64,000 nt of DNA from Flavobacteriales bacterium (lineage in GTDB: Bacteria; Bacteroidota; Bacteroidia; Flavobacteriales; UBA7312). Shown here piece after piece: positions 1-12,379 of this stretch. The position numbers and the translations under genes were made by a program. The stretch covers positions 4,604 through 68,603 of the forward strand of contig JASJHQ010000043.1 of NCBI GenBank assembly GCA_037625715.1, written 5' to 3'. Each line of letters opens with the position of its first letter. The first letter of the stretch is position 1. The notes below the pieces were generated by a model, which was not told the DNA's origin, did no database searches, and was given only the letters and a program-made list of their open reading frames with translations.

Positions 1-291
1 GACACTTTTATTCATGATATGATAAATAAATGTGGATGGGAAAACGCCTGCCCTGATACTAAAAAAAGGTATCCTGAGCTAAGTATAGAGGAAATAATAA
101 AGCTAAAACCAGACAACATTCTCTTATCATCTGAGCCGTTTCCATTCAAAGAAAAACATATTTCCGAACTTAAAGAAATCATTCCAAACGTAACTATTTC
201 AATAGTAGATGGAGAAGCATTTAGTTGGTATGGGAGCAGATTATTAGCTAGCTCAGATTACTTCGCGAAACTTTTAAACGAACAACAATAA
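1..291 (+). CDS. Helical-backbone metal/cobalamin ABC transporter substrate-binding protein (5'-truncated by window edge)
   Basis: Frame is open from base 1 (DTFIHDM...); C-terminal motifs LSSEPFPF and VDGEAFSWYGSRL are typical of Bacteroidota BtuF-like proteins. Confidence 0.8.
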   Translation, partial: DTFIHDMINKCGWENACPDTKKRYPELSIEEIIKLKPDNILLSSEPFPFKEKHISELKEIIPNVTISIVDGEAFSWYGSRLLASSDYFAKLLNEQQ

Positions 292-296
292 ATCAT

Positions 297-304
297 TATC
301 TTTG
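297..304 (+). promoter_or_regulatory. Bacteroidota -7 promoter element
   Basis: TATCTTTG matches TAnnTTTG, 17 nt before the desaturase ATG. Confidence 0.65.
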
Positions 305-321
305 TCCCCTAATATACTTTT

Positions 322-1398
322 ATGAAAACTGCAAAATTCGATAAAGATCACTCAAAGGAATTCATAACAGATTTAAGACAATCTGTTGACGAATATTTTA
401 AGAAAAATAACATTTCACGATTCGGAAATTGGAATATGATTGTTAAAAGTATCTTTATGATATCTTTATATGTTGTTCCTTTCATGGTAATGTTACTAGG
501 AAACTTATCTCCTTTGGCATTTTGGCTAATGTGGGTATTAATGGGTGTTGGTATGGCCGGAATTGGTCTATCTGTTATGCACGATGCTAACCATGGTGCG
601 TTTTCTAAAAACAAAACTATAAATACTTTTTTTGGTTTAACATTAAATTTTCTAGGTGGAAGTGCTAAAAACTGGAGAATACAACACAACAGACTACACC
701 ATACATTTACAAATGTTGAAGGTTTTGATCCTGACGTTAGCCCAATGCCTTTACTAAGGTTTAATCCTTCAGCACCTCTTAAGAAAGTACATAGATTTCA
801 ACAATACTATGCATGGTTTTTCTATTCTCTAATGACAGTTTCTTGGTCAACTAGTAAAGAATTCAAACAACTGAATGACTTTAGAAAAGACAAGGTGATT
901 ACAAAAAAGGAATACATGCCATTAATGCTTGAGATGGTAGCTTGGAAAGTAGTTTACTATGCATACATGTTAGTTATTCCATTCATATTGCTTCCTAATT
1001 TAACAATAGGGTTTTGGCTAGTGTGCTTTTTATCTTTGCATTTTGTTGCAGGCTTTATTTTAGCAACTATTTTTCAGACGGCTCACGTAATGCCTGACTG
1101 TGAATTTCCAGAAGTAAACGAAGAAGGTACAATAGAAAACAACTGGGCAATACACCAAATGCAAACAACATCAAACTACGCTCCTAAGAGTAGAATATTC
1201 TCATGGTTTGTAGGCGGATTAAACTACCAAGTGGAACACCATTTGTTTCCAAATATTTGCCACGTACATTACAAGAATATATCTTCTATTGTTAAACAAA
1301 AAGCAGAGAAGTATAACTTACCTTACTATTCTCAAAAAAGCTATTTCTCTGCTCTAGGAGAGCATTTTAAAATGTTAAAAATGTTAGGTGAGAAATAA
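322..1398 (+). CDS. Membrane fatty acid (acyl-CoA) desaturase
   Basis: Three His boxes HDANH, HNRLHH, QVEHH plus TM segments. Confidence 0.93.
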   Translation: MKTAKFDKDHSKEFITDLRQSVDEYFKKNNISRFGNWNMIVKSIFMISLYVVPFMVMLLGNLSPLAFWLMWVLMGVGMAGIGLSVMHDANHGAFSKNKTINTFFGLTLNFLGGSAKNWRIQHNRLHHTFTNVEGFDPDVSPMPLLRFNPSAPLKKVHRFQQYYAWFFYSLMTVSWSTSKEFKQLNDFRKDKVITKKEYMPLMLEMVAWKVVYYAYMLVIPFILLPNLTIGFWLVCFLSLHFVAGFILATIFQTAHVMPDCEFPEVNEEGTIENNWAIHQMQTTSNYAPKSRIFSWFVGGLNYQVEHHLFPNICHVHYKNISSIVKQKAEKYNLPYYSQKSYFSALGEHFKMLKMLGEK

Positions 1399-1419
1399 TA
1401 AATAAAAATCTATATCATT

Positions 1420-1452
1420 AAAAAAGCCTACTCATTTGAGTGGGCTTTTTTT
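1420..1452. terminator. Bidirectional terminator-like palindrome, CTCAAATGAG family copy 1
   Basis: AAAAAAGCCTACTCA-TT-TGAGTGGGCTTTTTTT downstream of the desaturase. Confidence 0.85.
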
Positions 1453-1615
1453 GTTTTTGGGATGCTATAGTTAGTGCGTTAAGAAATGAGAAGTATATAA
1501 CACAATCTTTTAAGCACTTATTAGCCAACTATACGAATCATATTAATCTAATATCTAAATGTATTGAAAGCTTAGGAAAAACACTTAGCAACTCTTAAAA
1601 CAAAAAGTAATCATA

Positions 1616-1648
1616 AAAATAGCCCACTCAAATGAGTGGGCTTTTTTT
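1616..1648. terminator. Bidirectional terminator-like palindrome, CTCAAATGAG family copy 2
   Basis: AAAATAGCCCACTCA-AA-TGAGTGGGCTTTTTTT downstream of the rpoC/DUF3467 operon. Confidence 0.85.
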
Positions 1649-1662
1649 AAATGTAATATGTA

Positions 1663-1974
1663 TTAAGCTTCAGCAGTTGGGCCACCAAAATTAAGAGGAA
1701 TAGTAGCTTGCTCAACGTTTTTAATTTCTCCGTGCTGCTTTTCAAATTTACTAACATTGTCAATCAATGCTTTCATAAATCTTTTAGCATGCTGTGGAGT
1801 TAAAACGATTCTTGATTTAACTTTAGCTTTAGGAACACCTGGCATAACCTTGATGAAATCTACAACAAACTCGCTAGGAGAATGGTTGATGATAGCAAGA
1901 TTACTATAAGTACCTTCAGCTATTTCCTCAGATAATTCAATATTTAAACCCTTTTGTTTTTTATCGTCTGACAT
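1663..1974 (-). CDS. DUF3467 domain protein
   Basis: IELSEEIAEGTYSNLAIINHSPSEFVVDF...SRIVLTPQHAKR; usual position directly after rpoC in Bacteroidota. Confidence 0.9.
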   Translation of the reverse strand: MSDDKKQKGLNIELSEEIAEGTYSNLAIINHSPSEFVVDFIKVMPGVPKAKVKSRIVLTPQHAKRFMKALIDNVSKFEKQHGEIKNVEQATIPLNFGGPTAEA

Positions 1975-1976
1975 AA

Positions 1977-4900
1977 TTATTCTACAGTAACTGTTTCTTC
2001 TAATTCGTCAGCCGCAGCTTGTTTTAACTGATCGTATTCTTCTTGAGAACCAACAACAATATCATCGTAAATCTTAAGACCAGTACCAGCTGGTATCTTA
2101 TGGCCTACAATAACATTCTCTTTAAGTCCTTGAAGAGTATCACGCTTACCGTTAATAGCAGCAGCATTAAGTACTTTAGTTGTTTCTTGGAAAGAAGCCG
2201 CTGAAACCCAACTATTAGTCTGTAGGGCAGCACGAGTAATTCCTTGAATAACTTGTTCACTTGTAGCTGGAACTGTTTCACGAGCAGTTACTATATTTAA
2301 ATCTTTACGCTTAAGTCTAGAATTTTCTTCTCTAATCTTACGAGCAGAAGCAATTTGACCTACTTTAAGCACATCAGAATCACCTGCATCTTCGATTACT
2401 TTCGTACCGTAAATGCGATCGTTTTCGTCCATAAACTCAAGCTTAGTAACTGTCTGACCGTCTAAGAACTTAGTGTCTCCAGCATCAATGATATTCATTT
2501 TACGCATCATTTGTCTAACGATGACTTCAAAGTGTTTATCATTAATTTTCATACCCTGCAAACGATATACTTCTTGTATTTCGTTTACAATATATTCCTG
2601 TACAGCAGTAGGTCCTTTAATACGCAAGATATCAGATGGAGTAATTGCTCCATCACATAATGGCATTCCAGACTTAACGAAATCGTTTTCCTGAACTAAT
2701 ATGTGTTTAGAAAGTGGAATTAAGTACTTCTTAACTTCACCAGATTTTGAAGTAACAATAACCTCTTTATTACCTCTCTTGATTTTTGGTCCGAAATTAA
2801 TGATACCATCAATTTCAGTTACAACAGCAGGGTTAGAAGGGTTTCTAGCTTCAAATAGTTCGGTGACTCTAGGAAGACCACCCGTAATATCACCTAATGA
2901 AGAAGCTAATCTAGGAATCTTGGCAATAATTTTTCCTGGTTTAATTTCTTCACCATTTTCAACAGTAAGGTGAGCTTTTACAGGAACACTATAACTTCTA
3001 AGTGCAACTCCTTTCTTATCTACCACCTTAATAGTAGGATTAAGAGTCTTATCCTTTCTTTCGATCATTACTTTTTCTTCAAATCCTGTTTGCTCATCCG
3101 ATTCAACTCGGTATGATAAACCTTCTTTGATATCCATGTAATCAATCTTACCACCTAATTCAGAAATAATTACTGCATTATATGGATCCCAGTTACAAAC
3201 CAATGTTCCCTTTTTCACTTTGTCACCAGACTTAGCGTAAAGAATTGATCCGTATGGAATATTAGTAGTTGATAAAATAACTCCTAATTTTTCGTCTATA
3301 ACTCTAGCTTCAGATGTTCTACTGATAACTAACTCAATATCTTTTCCATCATCATTTTTAGATGAAATAGTTTTTAAGTCGTCTATCTCTAATCTACCTT
3401 CGAACTTAGTCATTACACTAGACTCGGAAGCAATTTTAGATGCAGTACCACCAAAGTGGAATGTTCTTAATGTAAGCTGAGTACCAGGCTCTCCAATAGA
3501 TTGTGCAGCAACTACACCTACAGTATCACCAGGAACAGCCATGCTTGCAGTAGATAAGTTTCTACCATAACACTTAGAGCAAATACCTCTTTTAGATTCA
3601 CAAGTTAATGCTGATCTAACTTCAACAGTCTCAATATGAGCTGCATCAATAAGATCGGCTTTATCTTCAGAAATTAACTCACCAGCACCAACAATTAAAT
3701 TGTCGTTAGAGTCATAAATCTCATGAAGAGATACTCTACCAACAATTCTGTCAGATAATGGTTCCGTTATTTCGTCGTTTTTCTTTAATGCAGAAGTTTC
3801 TAATCCTCTTAAAGTACCACAATCATCTATAGTAACAACAACATCTTGCGATGAGTCAACTAGTCTTCTTGTTAGGTAACCAGCATCTGCTGTTTTAAGT
3901 GCTGTATCGGCAAGACCTTTACGTGCACCGTGAGTAGAAATAAAGTACTCAAGAATGGACAGTCCTTCTTTAAAGTTGGCAATAATAGGATTTTCAATAA
4001 TCGCTGCACCACTTTTATCTCCCGATTTTTGTGGTTTCGCCATCAATCCTCTCATTCCACCAAGTTGCTTAATCTGTTCTTTCGAACCCCTTGCACCTGA
4101 GTCAAGCATCATATACACAGAATTAAATCCTTCTTTATCAGAACTTAATTGACGCATTACTTTTTCAGTAAGGTGTGCGTTAGTGTTAGACCAAATGTCA
4201 ATTACTTGGTTGTATCTTTCATTATTAGTAATGAATCCCATGTTGTAGTTAGCAGATACTTCGTCAACCTGACTGTAAGCATCGTTAACCATTTTATCTT
4301 TTTCTTCAGGGATAATTACATCACCTAAGTTAAAGGACAAACCACCTTTGAAGGCCATAGAATAACCAATATCCTTAATATTATCTAGGAATTCTGCAGT
4401 TTTTGCAATTCCAGATACTTTAAGAATATCACCAATAATATCTCTTAGTGCTTTCTTAGTAAGAATTTGATCAATATAACCAACTTCAGCAGGAACGAAT
4501 TCATTAAATAGAACTCTACCTGTAGTTGTTTCAATTAATTTTGAAACAAGTTTATGATCTACAATTACGTCTGCTTTCACCTTAATGATAGCGTGTAATG
4601 CAACTCTTCCTTCGTTATAAGCAATTTTTACTTCTTGATCAGAGTAGAAAGACAAACCTTCTCCCTTAGCTCCTTTCAAAGACTTAGTCATATAATAAAG
4701 ACCAAGTACCATATCCTGAGAAGGTACTGTAATAGGAGCACCGTTAGCAGGGTTAAGAATATTGTGAGAAGCTAACATTAATAATTGAGCCTCCAATACA
4801 GCTGCCTCACCTAAAGGTAAGTGAACTGCCATTTGATCACCATCAAAATCGGCGTTAAATGCAGTACAAACTAAAGGATGTAAACGAATCGCTTTCCCTT

Positions 4901-6281
4901 CAATCATTACAGGCTGGAATGCTTGAATACCTAAACGGTGAAGCGTAGGAGCTCTGTTTAATAAAACAGGATGTCCTTTCATTACGTTTTCTAAGATATC
5001 CCAAACAACCGGTTCTCTTTTATCAATAATCTTTTTAGCAGATTTAACCGTTTTCACGATACCTCTATCAATCATTTTGCGAATGATAAACGGCTTGTAA
5101 AGTTCTGCAGCCATGTTTTTAGGAATACCACATTCGTGCATTTTCAAGTCAGGTCCTACAACAATTACCGAACGAGCAGAATAATCTACACGTTTACCAA
5201 GTAGGTTCTGACGAAAACGACCTTGTTTTCCTTTTAAACTATCTGACAAAGATTTTAATGCTCTGTTTGATTCTGTTTTAACAGCACTAGATTTTCTAGA
5301 GTTATCAAACAAAGAGTCAACTGACTCTTGGAGCATTCTTTTTTCATTTCTTAAAATTACCTCAGGAGCTTTAATTTCGATTAATCGTTTTAAACGATTG
5401 TTTCTAATAATAACTCTTCTGTAAAGGTCATTTAAATCAGAAGTAGCAAAACGGCCACCATCTAATGGAACAAGAGGTCTTAATTCTGGTGGAATAACTG
5501 GAATAACTTTCACAATCATCCATTCAGGCTTGTTCTCAATTCTTAGACCAGCATCTCTAAATGCTTCAATTACTTGAAGACGTTTTAATGCTTCCGCTTT
5601 TCTTTGCTGAGAAGTTTCTGTGTTTGCTTTATGTCTTAAATCAAATGATAATTGATCAAGATCTAAACGCTTTAACAATTCGATTAAAGCTTCAGCACCC
5701 ATTTTAGCGATAAACTTTTTAGGATCTTCATCATCTAAATATCTGTTTTCGGCCGGAATTCTTTCCAATGCGTCCAGATATTCATCTTCAGTTAAGAAAT
5801 CCATATAATTTAAAGGAAGACCTTCATTGTCTACAGCTGTACCAGCCTGAACAACAACATATCTTTCATAATAAATTATCATATCTAACTTCTTTCCTGG
5901 TAAACCAAGAAGATATCCTATTTTATTAGGGTTAGATTTAGAATACCAAATATGAGCTACAGGAACAACTAATTGAATATGTCCTGTTCTTTCTCTACGT
6001 ACTTTTTTCTCAGTTACTTCAACACCACATCTGTCACAAACAATTCCTTTGTAACGAATTCTTTTGTATTTACCACAGTGACATTCAAAGTCTTTAGTAG
6101 GTCCAAAAATACGCTCACAAAACAAACCATCTCTTTCTGGCTTATATGTTCTGTAGTTGATAGTTTCTGGTTTTGTTACCTCTCCACTTGACTTTGCCAA
6201 AATATTTTCTGGTGATGCTAAGCTAATTGTAATACTAGTGAAACTATTATTAACTTCTTTTTTACCTTTTCTTACTGCCAT
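1977..6281 (-). CDS. rpoC: RNA polymerase beta' subunit
   Basis: NADFDGD active site, Zn finger ECHCGKYK...[12 protein letters not shown]. Confidence 0.99.
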   Translation of the reverse strand: MAVRKGKKEVNNSFTSITISLASPENILAKSSGEVTKPETINYRTYKPERDGLFCERIFGPTKDFECHCGKYKRIRYKGIVCDRCGVEVTEKKVRRERTGHIQLVVPVAHIWYSKSNPNKIGYLLGLPGKKLDMIIYYERYVVVQAGTAVDNEGLPLNYMDFLTEDEYLDALERIPAENRYLDDEDPKKFIAKMGAEALIELLKRLDLDQLSFDLRHKANTETSQQRKAEALKRLQVIEAFRDAGLRIENKPEWMIVKVIPVIPPELRPLVPLDGGRFATSDLNDLYRRVIIRNNRLKRLIEIKAPEVILRNEKRMLQESVDSLFDNSRKSSAVKTESNRALKSLSDSLKGKQGRFRQNLLGKRVDYSARSVIVVGPDLKMHECGIPKNMAAELYKPFIIRKMIDRGIVKTVKSAKKIIDKREPVVWDILENVMKGHPVLLNRAPTLHRLGIQAFQPVMIEGKAIRLHPLVCTAFNADFDGDQMAVHLPLGEAAVLEAQLLMLASHNILNPANGAPITVPSQDMVLGLYYMTKSLKGAKGEGLSFYSDQEVKIAYNEGRVALHAIIKVKADVIVDHKLVSKLIETTTGRVLFNEFVPAEVGYIDQILTKKALRDIIGDILKVSGIAKTAEFLDNIKDIGYSMAFKGGLSFNLGDVIIPEEKDKMVNDAYSQVDEVSANYNMGFITNNERYNQVIDIWSNTNAHLTEKVMRQLSSDKEGFNSVYMMLDSGARGSKEQIKQLGGMRGLMAKPQKSGDKSGAAIIENPIIANFKEGLSILEYFISTHGARKGLADTALKTADAGYLTRRLVDSSQDVVVTIDDCGTLRGLETSALKKNDEITEPLSDRIVGRVSLHEIYDSNDNLIVGAGELISEDKADLIDAAHIETVEVRSALTCESKRGICSKCYGRNLSTASMAVPGDTVGVVAAQSIGEPGTQLTLRTFHFGGTASKIASESSVMTKFEGRLEIDDLKTISSKNDDGKDIELVISRTSEARVIDEKLGVILSTTNIPYGSILYAKSGDKVKKGTLVCNWDPYNAVIISELGGKIDYMDIKEGLSYRVESDEQTGFEEKVMIERKDKTLNPTIKVVDKKGVALRSYSVPVKAHLTVENGEEIKPGKIIAKIPRLASSLGDITGGLPRVTELFEARNPSNPAVVTEIDGIINFGPKIKRGNKEVIVTSKSGEVKKYLIPLSKHILVQENDFVKSGMPLCDGAITPSDILRIKGPTAVQEYIVNEIQEVYRLQGMKINDKHFEVIVRQMMRKMNIIDAGDTKFLDGQTVTKLEFMDENDRIYGTKVIEDAGDSDVLKVGQIASARKIREENSRLKRKDLNIVTARETVPATSEQVIQGITRAALQTNSWVSAASFQETTKVLNAAAINGKRDTLQGLKENVIVGHKIPAGTGLKIYDDIVVGSQEEYDQLKQAAADELEETVTVE

Positions 6282-6317
6282 GTCTATTTATATATAGAGT
6301 TTTAAGATTCTTAAAAA

Positions 6318-9300
6318 TTAGTCTAGTGAAACTTTTAATCCAAGTCCCATAAGTTCATGCATCAATACATTGAAAGATTCTGGAATTCCAGGATTTGGCA
6401 TTGGACTACCTTTTACGATTGCCTCGTAAGCTTTAGCACGACCAATAACATCATCCGATTTAACCGTTAACATCTCTTGTAAGATATTAGCAGCACCATA
6501 TCCTTCTAATGCCCAAACTTCCATCTCTCCTAATCTCTGACCACCAAACTGAGCTTTACCTCCTAATGGTTGTTGAGTAATTAAAGAGTATGGTCCGATA
6601 GACCTAGCATGCATCTTATCGTCAACCATGTGACCTAATTTAAGCATGTAGATAATACCAACCGTTGCTGGCTGATCGAATCTTTCACCAGAACCACCAT
6701 CATAAAGATAAGTTTGTCCGTATCGAGGTAAACCAGCTTCGTCAGTTTCTTTATTGATATCATCAATAGAAGCACCATCAAAAACAGGGGTGAAATATTT
6801 TCTATCTAACTTTTGACCTGCCCATCCTAAAACTGTTTCATAAATCTGACCCAAGTTCATCCTTGAAGGTACACCAAGTGGATTTAAAACTATATCCACA
6901 GTAGAACCATCTTCTAAGAACGGCATGTCTTCATCACGTACAATTTTAGCAACAATACCTTTGTTACCGTGACGTCCAGCTAATTTATCCCCTACCTGAA
7001 CCTTACGCTTTTTCGCAACGTAAACTTTAGCAAGTTTTAAAACACCAGCTGGTAATTCGTCTCCTACAGTAATAACAAACTTCTCACGTCTGAATTCCCC
7101 TTGTAGCTCACTATTTTTAGTAAGGAAGTTGTTTAACAAAGTCTGAACGTTTGAGTTCAGTTCTTTATCTACTACCCACTTAGTGCTTCTATAGTCAAGT
7201 GTTTCGAAATCAAGGGCTTGAAGTGATTTTAATGTGTACTTAACACCTTTAGAAATAGATTCTTCACCTAAACCATTAATAATACCTTGAGAAGTTTTAC
7301 CACTTAACAAAGTAAATAGTTTGGATACTAATTTAGATTTAAGTTCAGCACCTTTAACGTTGTATTCTTTTTCTAAAATTACAACAGATTCTTTGTCCAT
7401 TGCTCTAGTTCTCTTGTCTTTAACAGACTTAGAGAATAGCTTTTTATCAATAACAACACCTTTAAATGAAGGTCTAGCCTTTAATGAAGCATCTTTTACA
7501 TCACCAGCCTTGTCACCAAAAATTGCTTTTAACAGCTTTTCTTCTGGTGTAGGATCAGACTCTCCTTTTGGAGTAATCTTTCCAATGATGATGTCTCCAG
7601 CTTTCACTTCAGCACCAACGCGAATCATTCCGTTTTCATCTAAGTCTTTAGTTGCTTCTTCACTAACGTTAGGAATATCTGCTGTTAGTTCTTCTGCACC
7701 ACGCTTAGTATCACGAACATTTACTACCATTTCTTCAATATGAATTGAAGTAAATAAATCTTCTCTTACTACTCTTTCGCTTAATACAATTGCATCCTCA
7801 AAGTTATATCCTTTCCAAGGCATGAACGCTACTTTAAGGTTTCTACCAATAGCAAGTTCGCCATTTTGAGTTGCATAACCTTCACAAAGTACTTGACCTG
7901 TAGTTACTCTATCACCAGCTTTAACAATTGGCTTTAGGTTAATACATGTATTTTGATTGGTCTTTTTAAATTTAATTAAAGGATAAATTTTAACATCCTC
8001 ATCAAAAGTTAAAAGTTTGATAGCATCCTCGATTTCATAGCGAATATGAATTTCACTAGAATCAACGTATTCTACCACACCATTACCCTCTGAATTAATA
8101 AGAACTCTTGAATCCTTAGCAACGTGAGGCTCTAATCCAGTACCAACAAGAGGAGCATCCGCTTGTAATAAAGGTACAGCCTGACGCATCATGTTAGATC
8201 CCATCAATGCACGGTTGGCATCATCATGTTCCAAGAATGGAATTAAAGATGCGGCAATAGATGCAATTTGATTTGGAGCAACGTCCATTAAGTTAATATT
8301 AGCAGGCTCAGTTACAGGATAATCACCCTCATAACGAGATTTAATTCTATCGTCACCGAATACACCTTTTTCATCAATAGGAGCGTTTGCTTGAGCAATA
8401 GTCATTTTATCTTCTTCTTCAGCACTCAAATAAATTGGAGCAGCATCAAGATCAACCACACCATCAACTACAGGACGGTAAGGAGTTTCGATAAAACCTA
8501 AATTATTCACTTTAGCAAAAACACATAATGAGGAAATCAGTCCAATATTTGGACCCTCAGGAGTTTCAATAGGACAAAGTCTTCCGTAGTGAGTATAGTG
8601 AACATCTCTCACCTCAAAACCGGCTCTTTCTCTTGAAAGACCACCTGGCCCTAGTGCTGACATTCTTCTTTTGTGAGTTACTTCAGCAAGCGGATTCGTT
8701 TGATCCATAAACTGAGACAACTGATTCGTTCCGAAGAAAGAATTAATAACAGAAGAAAGAGTTTTAGCATTAATAAGATCAACCGGAGTAAATACTTCGT
8801 TATCTCTTACATTCATTCTTTCACGAATAGTTCTGGCCATTCTAGAAAGACCTAAACTAAACTGATTAGAAAGTTGCTCTCCAACTGTTCTAACTCTTCT
8901 GTTACTTAAGTGATCAATATCATCAACATTTGTCTTTGAATTAGCTAATTCAATAAGATTCTTAATGATAGAAATTATGTCTTCTTTTGTTAAAATCTGA
9001 ATTTCAGAATCAACATTTAAACCTAATTTTTTGTTTATTCTAAAACGACCTACCTCACCTAGACTATATCTTTGGTCAGAGAAGAATAATTTATCAATAA
9101 TTCCTCTTGCTGTTTCCTCATCTGGCGGCTCAGCATTTCTAAGTTGTCTGTATATATATATTACAGCCTCCTTTTCTGAGTTGGTAGGATCTTTTTGTAG
9201 TGTATTGTAAATAATAGCATACTCCGAAGTACTTACGTCTTCTTTGTGTAGTAGAACAGTTTTTGAACCAGACTCAATAATCTCATCAATATGTTCTTTT

Positions 9301-10118
9301 TCTATTATTGTTTCACGGTCGATGATAACTTCGTTTCTTTCAATAGAAACAACTTCACCAGTATCTTCATCTACGAAATCTTCGATCCATGTTTTAAGAA
9401 TACGAGCTGCTAATTTTCTACCAACAACTCTTTTAAGTGCAGCCTTACTAACTCTTACTTCATCAGCAAGGTTAAATATTTCTAATATGTCTTTATCGTT
9501 CTCAAATCCAATAGAACGTAATAAGGTTGTAACAGGTAATTTTTTCTTCCTGTCAATGTAAGCATACATTACATTATGTATATCTGTTGCAAATTCAATC
9601 CAAGAACCTTTAAAAGGAATAACACGAGCAGAATACAATTTAGCACCATTTGCATGGAAACTATGGCCAAAGAATACACCAGGTGAACGGTGTAACTGAG
9701 AAACAACAACTCTTTCAGCTCCGTTAACAACAAATGAACCTTTAGGGGTTACATAAGGAACAGAACCAAGAAAAACTTCTTGTTCGATTGTTTCAAAATC
9801 CTCGTGATCAGGATCGGTACAATAAAGCTTTAATTTTGCTTTAAGAGGTACTTTGTATGTAAGACCTCTTTCAATACATTCTTCAATCGTATATCTTGGA
9901 GGGTCAATATTGTAGTCAATAAATTCTAAGACAAAATTATTTCTTGAATCAGAGATAGGGAAATGGTCATTAAAAACACGCCATAAACCTTCTTCTTTTC
10001 TTCTTTCAGACGACACTCCAATTTGGAAGAAGTCTCTAAATGCTCCAATTTGAATATCCAAGAAATCCGGATATGTAAATTGATTTTTTGTGGATGCGAA
10101 ATTAATTCTATTAGACAT
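6318..10118 (-). CDS. rpoB: RNA polymerase beta subunit
   Basis: [43 protein letters not shown]. Confidence 0.99.
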   Translation of the reverse strand: MSNRINFASTKNQFTYPDFLDIQIGAFRDFFQIGVSSERRKEEGLWRVFNDHFPISDSRNNFVLEFIDYNIDPPRYTIEECIERGLTYKVPLKAKLKLYCTDPDHEDFETIEQEVFLGSVPYVTPKGSFVVNGAERVVVSQLHRSPGVFFGHSFHANGAKLYSARVIPFKGSWIEFATDIHNVMYAYIDRKKKLPVTTLLRSIGFENDKDILEIFNLADEVRVSKAALKRVVGRKLAARILKTWIEDFVDEDTGEVVSIERNEVIIDRETIIEKEHIDEIIESGSKTVLLHKEDVSTSEYAIIYNTLQKDPTNSEKEAVIYIYRQLRNAEPPDEETARGIIDKLFFSDQRYSLGEVGRFRINKKLGLNVDSEIQILTKEDIISIIKNLIELANSKTNVDDIDHLSNRRVRTVGEQLSNQFSLGLSRMARTIRERMNVRDNEVFTPVDLINAKTLSSVINSFFGTNQLSQFMDQTNPLAEVTHKRRMSALGPGGLSRERAGFEVRDVHYTHYGRLCPIETPEGPNIGLISSLCVFAKVNNLGFIETPYRPVVDGVVDLDAAPIYLSAEEEDKMTIAQANAPIDEKGVFGDDRIKSRYEGDYPVTEPANINLMDVAPNQIASIAASLIPFLEHDDANRALMGSNMMRQAVPLLQADAPLVGTGLEPHVAKDSRVLINSEGNGVVEYVDSSEIHIRYEIEDAIKLLTFDEDVKIYPLIKFKKTNQNTCINLKPIVKAGDRVTTGQVLCEGYATQNGELAIGRNLKVAFMPWKGYNFEDAIVLSERVVREDLFTSIHIEEMVVNVRDTKRGAEELTADIPNVSEEATKDLDENGMIRVGAEVKAGDIIIGKITPKGESDPTPEEKLLKAIFGDKAGDVKDASLKARPSFKGVVIDKKLFSKSVKDKRTRAMDKESVVILEKEYNVKGAELKSKLVSKLFTLLSGKTSQGIINGLGEESISKGVKYTLKSLQALDFETLDYRSTKWVVDKELNSNVQTLLNNFLTKNSELQGEFRREKFVITVGDELPAGVLKLAKVYVAKKRKVQVGDKLAGRHGNKGIVAKIVRDEDMPFLEDGSTVDIVLNPLGVPSRMNLGQIYETVLGWAGQKLDRKYFTPVFDGASIDDINKETDEAGLPRYGQTYLYDGGSGERFDQPATVGIIYMLKLGHMVDDKMHARSIGPYSLITQQPLGGKAQFGGQRLGEMEVWALEGYGAANILQEMLTVKSDDVIGRAKAYEAIVKGSPMPNPGIPESFNVLMHELMGLGLKVSLD

Positions 10119-10181
10119 ACTTTTTTTGAGTCAGTTTAACTTAAGTTTTGTAGTTTTTCAACTACATTATTTTTTAAACAC

Positions 10182-10222
10182 AAAAGGGTTTAAGCTCTAT
10201 TGTAAACAATAGAACTTAAACC
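10182..10222 (-). terminator. rplL-rpoB attenuator-like hairpin
   Basis: GGTTTAAGCTCTATTG-TAAA-CAATAGAACTTAAACC stem followed by a T-run on the minus strand. Confidence 0.7.
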
Positions 10223-10243
10223 GTTGAGTAAATTGTGAAGTGC

Positions 10244-10621
10244 TTATTTAAGCTCTACTTCAGCACCAGCCTCTTCTAATTGAGCTTTTAATGCTTCAGC
10301 CTCATCTTTAGCAACACCTTCTTTAACTGCTTTTGGAGCGCTATCTACGATCTCCTTAGCTTCTTTAAGTCCAAGACCTGTTAGTTCTTTTACAAGTTTT
10401 ACAACTGCAAGTTTAGAACCACCAGCGGCTTTAAGTACTACATCGAATTCTGATTTCTCTTCAGCAGCGTCAGCGCCACCTCCTGCAGCAGGTCCAGCAA
10501 CAGCTACAGCAGCAGCTGCAGGCTCTATACCATACTCGTCTTTTAAGATATCAGCTAATTCACTTACTTCTTTTACAGTTAAGTTTACTAACTGTTCTGC
10601 GAAAGCTTTTAAATCTGCCAT
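10244..10621 (-). CDS. rplL: 50S ribosomal protein bL12
   Basis: [29 protein letters not shown]. Confidence 0.99.
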   Translation of the reverse strand: MADLKAFAEQLVNLTVKEVSELADILKDEYGIEPAAAAVAVAGPAAGGGADAAEEKSEFDVVLKAAGGSKLAVVKLVKELTGLGLKEAKEIVDSAPKAVKEGVAKDEAEALKAQLEEAGAEVELK

Positions 10622-10702
10622 TTTAATTTAGTTTTAATTGTTTATTAATATTGTTTTTAATGTGGAAGCATTAAATAATTAGTGGTGCGTAATCACTAAG
10701 TT

Positions 10703-11224
10703 TTATTCTGATCTCTCAGATAAAGTTTTTAAAATTCCTGAAAGTGTACCTCCCGCTGATTGTAGCGATGAGATAACTGTTTTCGGAGGTGACTGTAATA
10801 AGCCAATGATTTCTCCAATCAATTCGTCTTTTGATTTTAGAGAGCATAACACTTCAACTTGATCATCTCCAAAGTAGAAACTTTCTTCGATAAAAGCTGA
10901 TTTTAAAACCGGCTTATCTTGTTTTTTTCTAAATTCCTTGATAATTTTTGCAGGAGCATTTGTAGACTCCCCAAACATAATCGCAGTATTTCCTTTTAAA
11001 GAATTATACATTTCAGCAAAGTCGATGTCGTTTTTCTCCATCGCTTTTCTCAAAAGTGAATTTTTAATCACTTGGATTTTAACATCACTTTTGAAACAAA
11101 GACGTCTTAGATCACTGTTTTTTTCAGCAGTTAACCCAGAAATATCCGTCAGGTAAAAGTTTTTATTTTCAGCTAGTTGAGCTCCTAGCTCAACAATTGC
11201 ATTGTTTTTTTCTTCTCTTGTCAT
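10703..11224 (-). CDS. rplJ: 50S ribosomal protein uL10
   Basis: LRRLCF...IKNSLL; operon position. Confidence 0.97.
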   Translation of the reverse strand: MTREEKNNAIVELGAQLAENKNFYLTDISGLTAEKNSDLRRLCFKSDVKIQVIKNSLLRKAMEKNDIDFAEMYNSLKGNTAIMFGESTNAPAKIIKEFRKKQDKPVLKSAFIEESFYFGDDQVEVLCSLKSKDELIGEIIGLLQSPPKTVISSLQSAGGTLSGILKTLSERSE

Positions 11225-11236
11225 AGTATGATATGA

Positions 11237-11926
11237 TTAGATTGATTTTTCGTCGATTCGAATACTCGGGCTCATTGTGCTAGACATATAAACGCTGTGC
11301 ATGTATATACCTTTAGAAGCCGAAGGTTTTAGTTTAACAATAGTTTGTAACAACTCATTTGCGTTATCAGCAATTTTAGCAGCATCAAAAGAAGCTTTAC
11401 CTATTGCACAATGAATGATACCAAATTTATCAACCTTGAAGTCTATTTTACCTTTTTTAACATCAGAAACAGCTTTACCTATTTCCATAGTAACAGTACC
11501 AGTCTTAGGGTTTGGCATAAGACCTCTTGGCCCTAATACTCTACCTAAAGCACCTAATTTACCCATTACAGATGGCATAGTGATAATAACATCAACGTCA
11601 GTCCAACCATCTTTAATTTTTGCGATGTAATCATCCAAACCAATAAAGTCAGCACCAGCTTCTTTAGCTTCAGCTTCTTTATCAGCAGTTACTAAAGCAA
11701 GAACTTTAACGTCCTTACCAGTACCGTGAGGTAAAGTAACAACCCCTCTAACCATTTGATTAGCTTGTCTAGGGTCAACACCTAATTTTACAGCAACATC
11801 AATAGAAGGATCAAATTTAACATTAGATATCTCTTTAACTAATCCAGCTGCTTCATCAACAGTGTAAAATTGATTTTTATCAATTTTAGCACTTGATTCT
11901 TTTTGTTTTTTACTCAATTTCGACAT
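11237..11926 (-). CDS. rplA: 50S ribosomal protein uL1
   Basis: [27 protein letters not shown]. Confidence 0.99.
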   Translation of the reverse strand: MSKLSKKQKESSAKIDKNQFYTVDEAAGLVKEISNVKFDPSIDVAVKLGVDPRQANQMVRGVVTLPHGTGKDVKVLALVTADKEAEAKEAGADFIGLDDYIAKIKDGWTDVDVIITMPSVMGKLGALGRVLGPRGLMPNPKTGTVTMEIGKAVSDVKKGKIDFKVDKFGIIHCAIGKASFDAAKIADNANELLQTIVKLKPSASKGIYMHSVYMSSTMSPSIRIDEKSI

Positions 11927-11932
11927 GATAGA

Positions 11933-12379
11933 TTAGTTTTTTTGTGGAGCAGAACCTCCTTTAATAGTAATACCCATACTTCTTGCAGTACCTGCTATCA
12001 TTAGCATAGCCGAATCCATATTAAATGCATTCAAATCAGCCATTTTATCTTCTGCAATTGCTTTAACCTGATCCCAAGTTACAGATGCTACCTTTACTCT
12101 ATTAGGTTCTCCAGAACCACTTTTTTTCTTTGCAGCTTCCAATAATTGAACAGCAGCAGGTGCTGTTTTAATAATAAAATCAAAAGATTTATCCTTGTAT
12201 ACAGTAATAGCTACAGGAAGAACCTTTCCTTGCTTATCTTGTGTACGAGCATTGAACTGCTTACAGAAATCCATAATATTAACACCTGCAGCACCTAATG
12301 CAGGACCAACTGGAGGTGATGGATTAGCAGCGCCTCCTCTAACTTGAAGTTTTACAACTTTACTTATTTCTTTTGCCAT
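11933..12379 (-). CDS. rplK: 50S ribosomal protein uL11
   Basis: [28 protein letters not shown]. Confidence 0.99.
   Translation of the reverse strand: MAKEISKVVKLQVRGGAANPSPPVGPALGAAGVNIMDFCKQFNARTQDKQGKVLPVAITVYKDKSFDFIIKTAPAAVQLLEAAKKKSGSGEPNRVKVASVTWDQVKAIAEDKMADLNAFNMDSAMLMIAGTARSMGITIKGGSAPQKN

Noticed and set aside
1453-1615. Integron attC site in the spacer
   Set aside because: GTT and AAC are in the wrong order for RYYYAAC...GTTRRRY, and no integron integrase is present
8630-8740. Rifampicin-resistance substitutions in RpoB cluster I
   Set aside because: [23 protein letters not shown] keeps the sensitive-type Q, D, H, R and S residues
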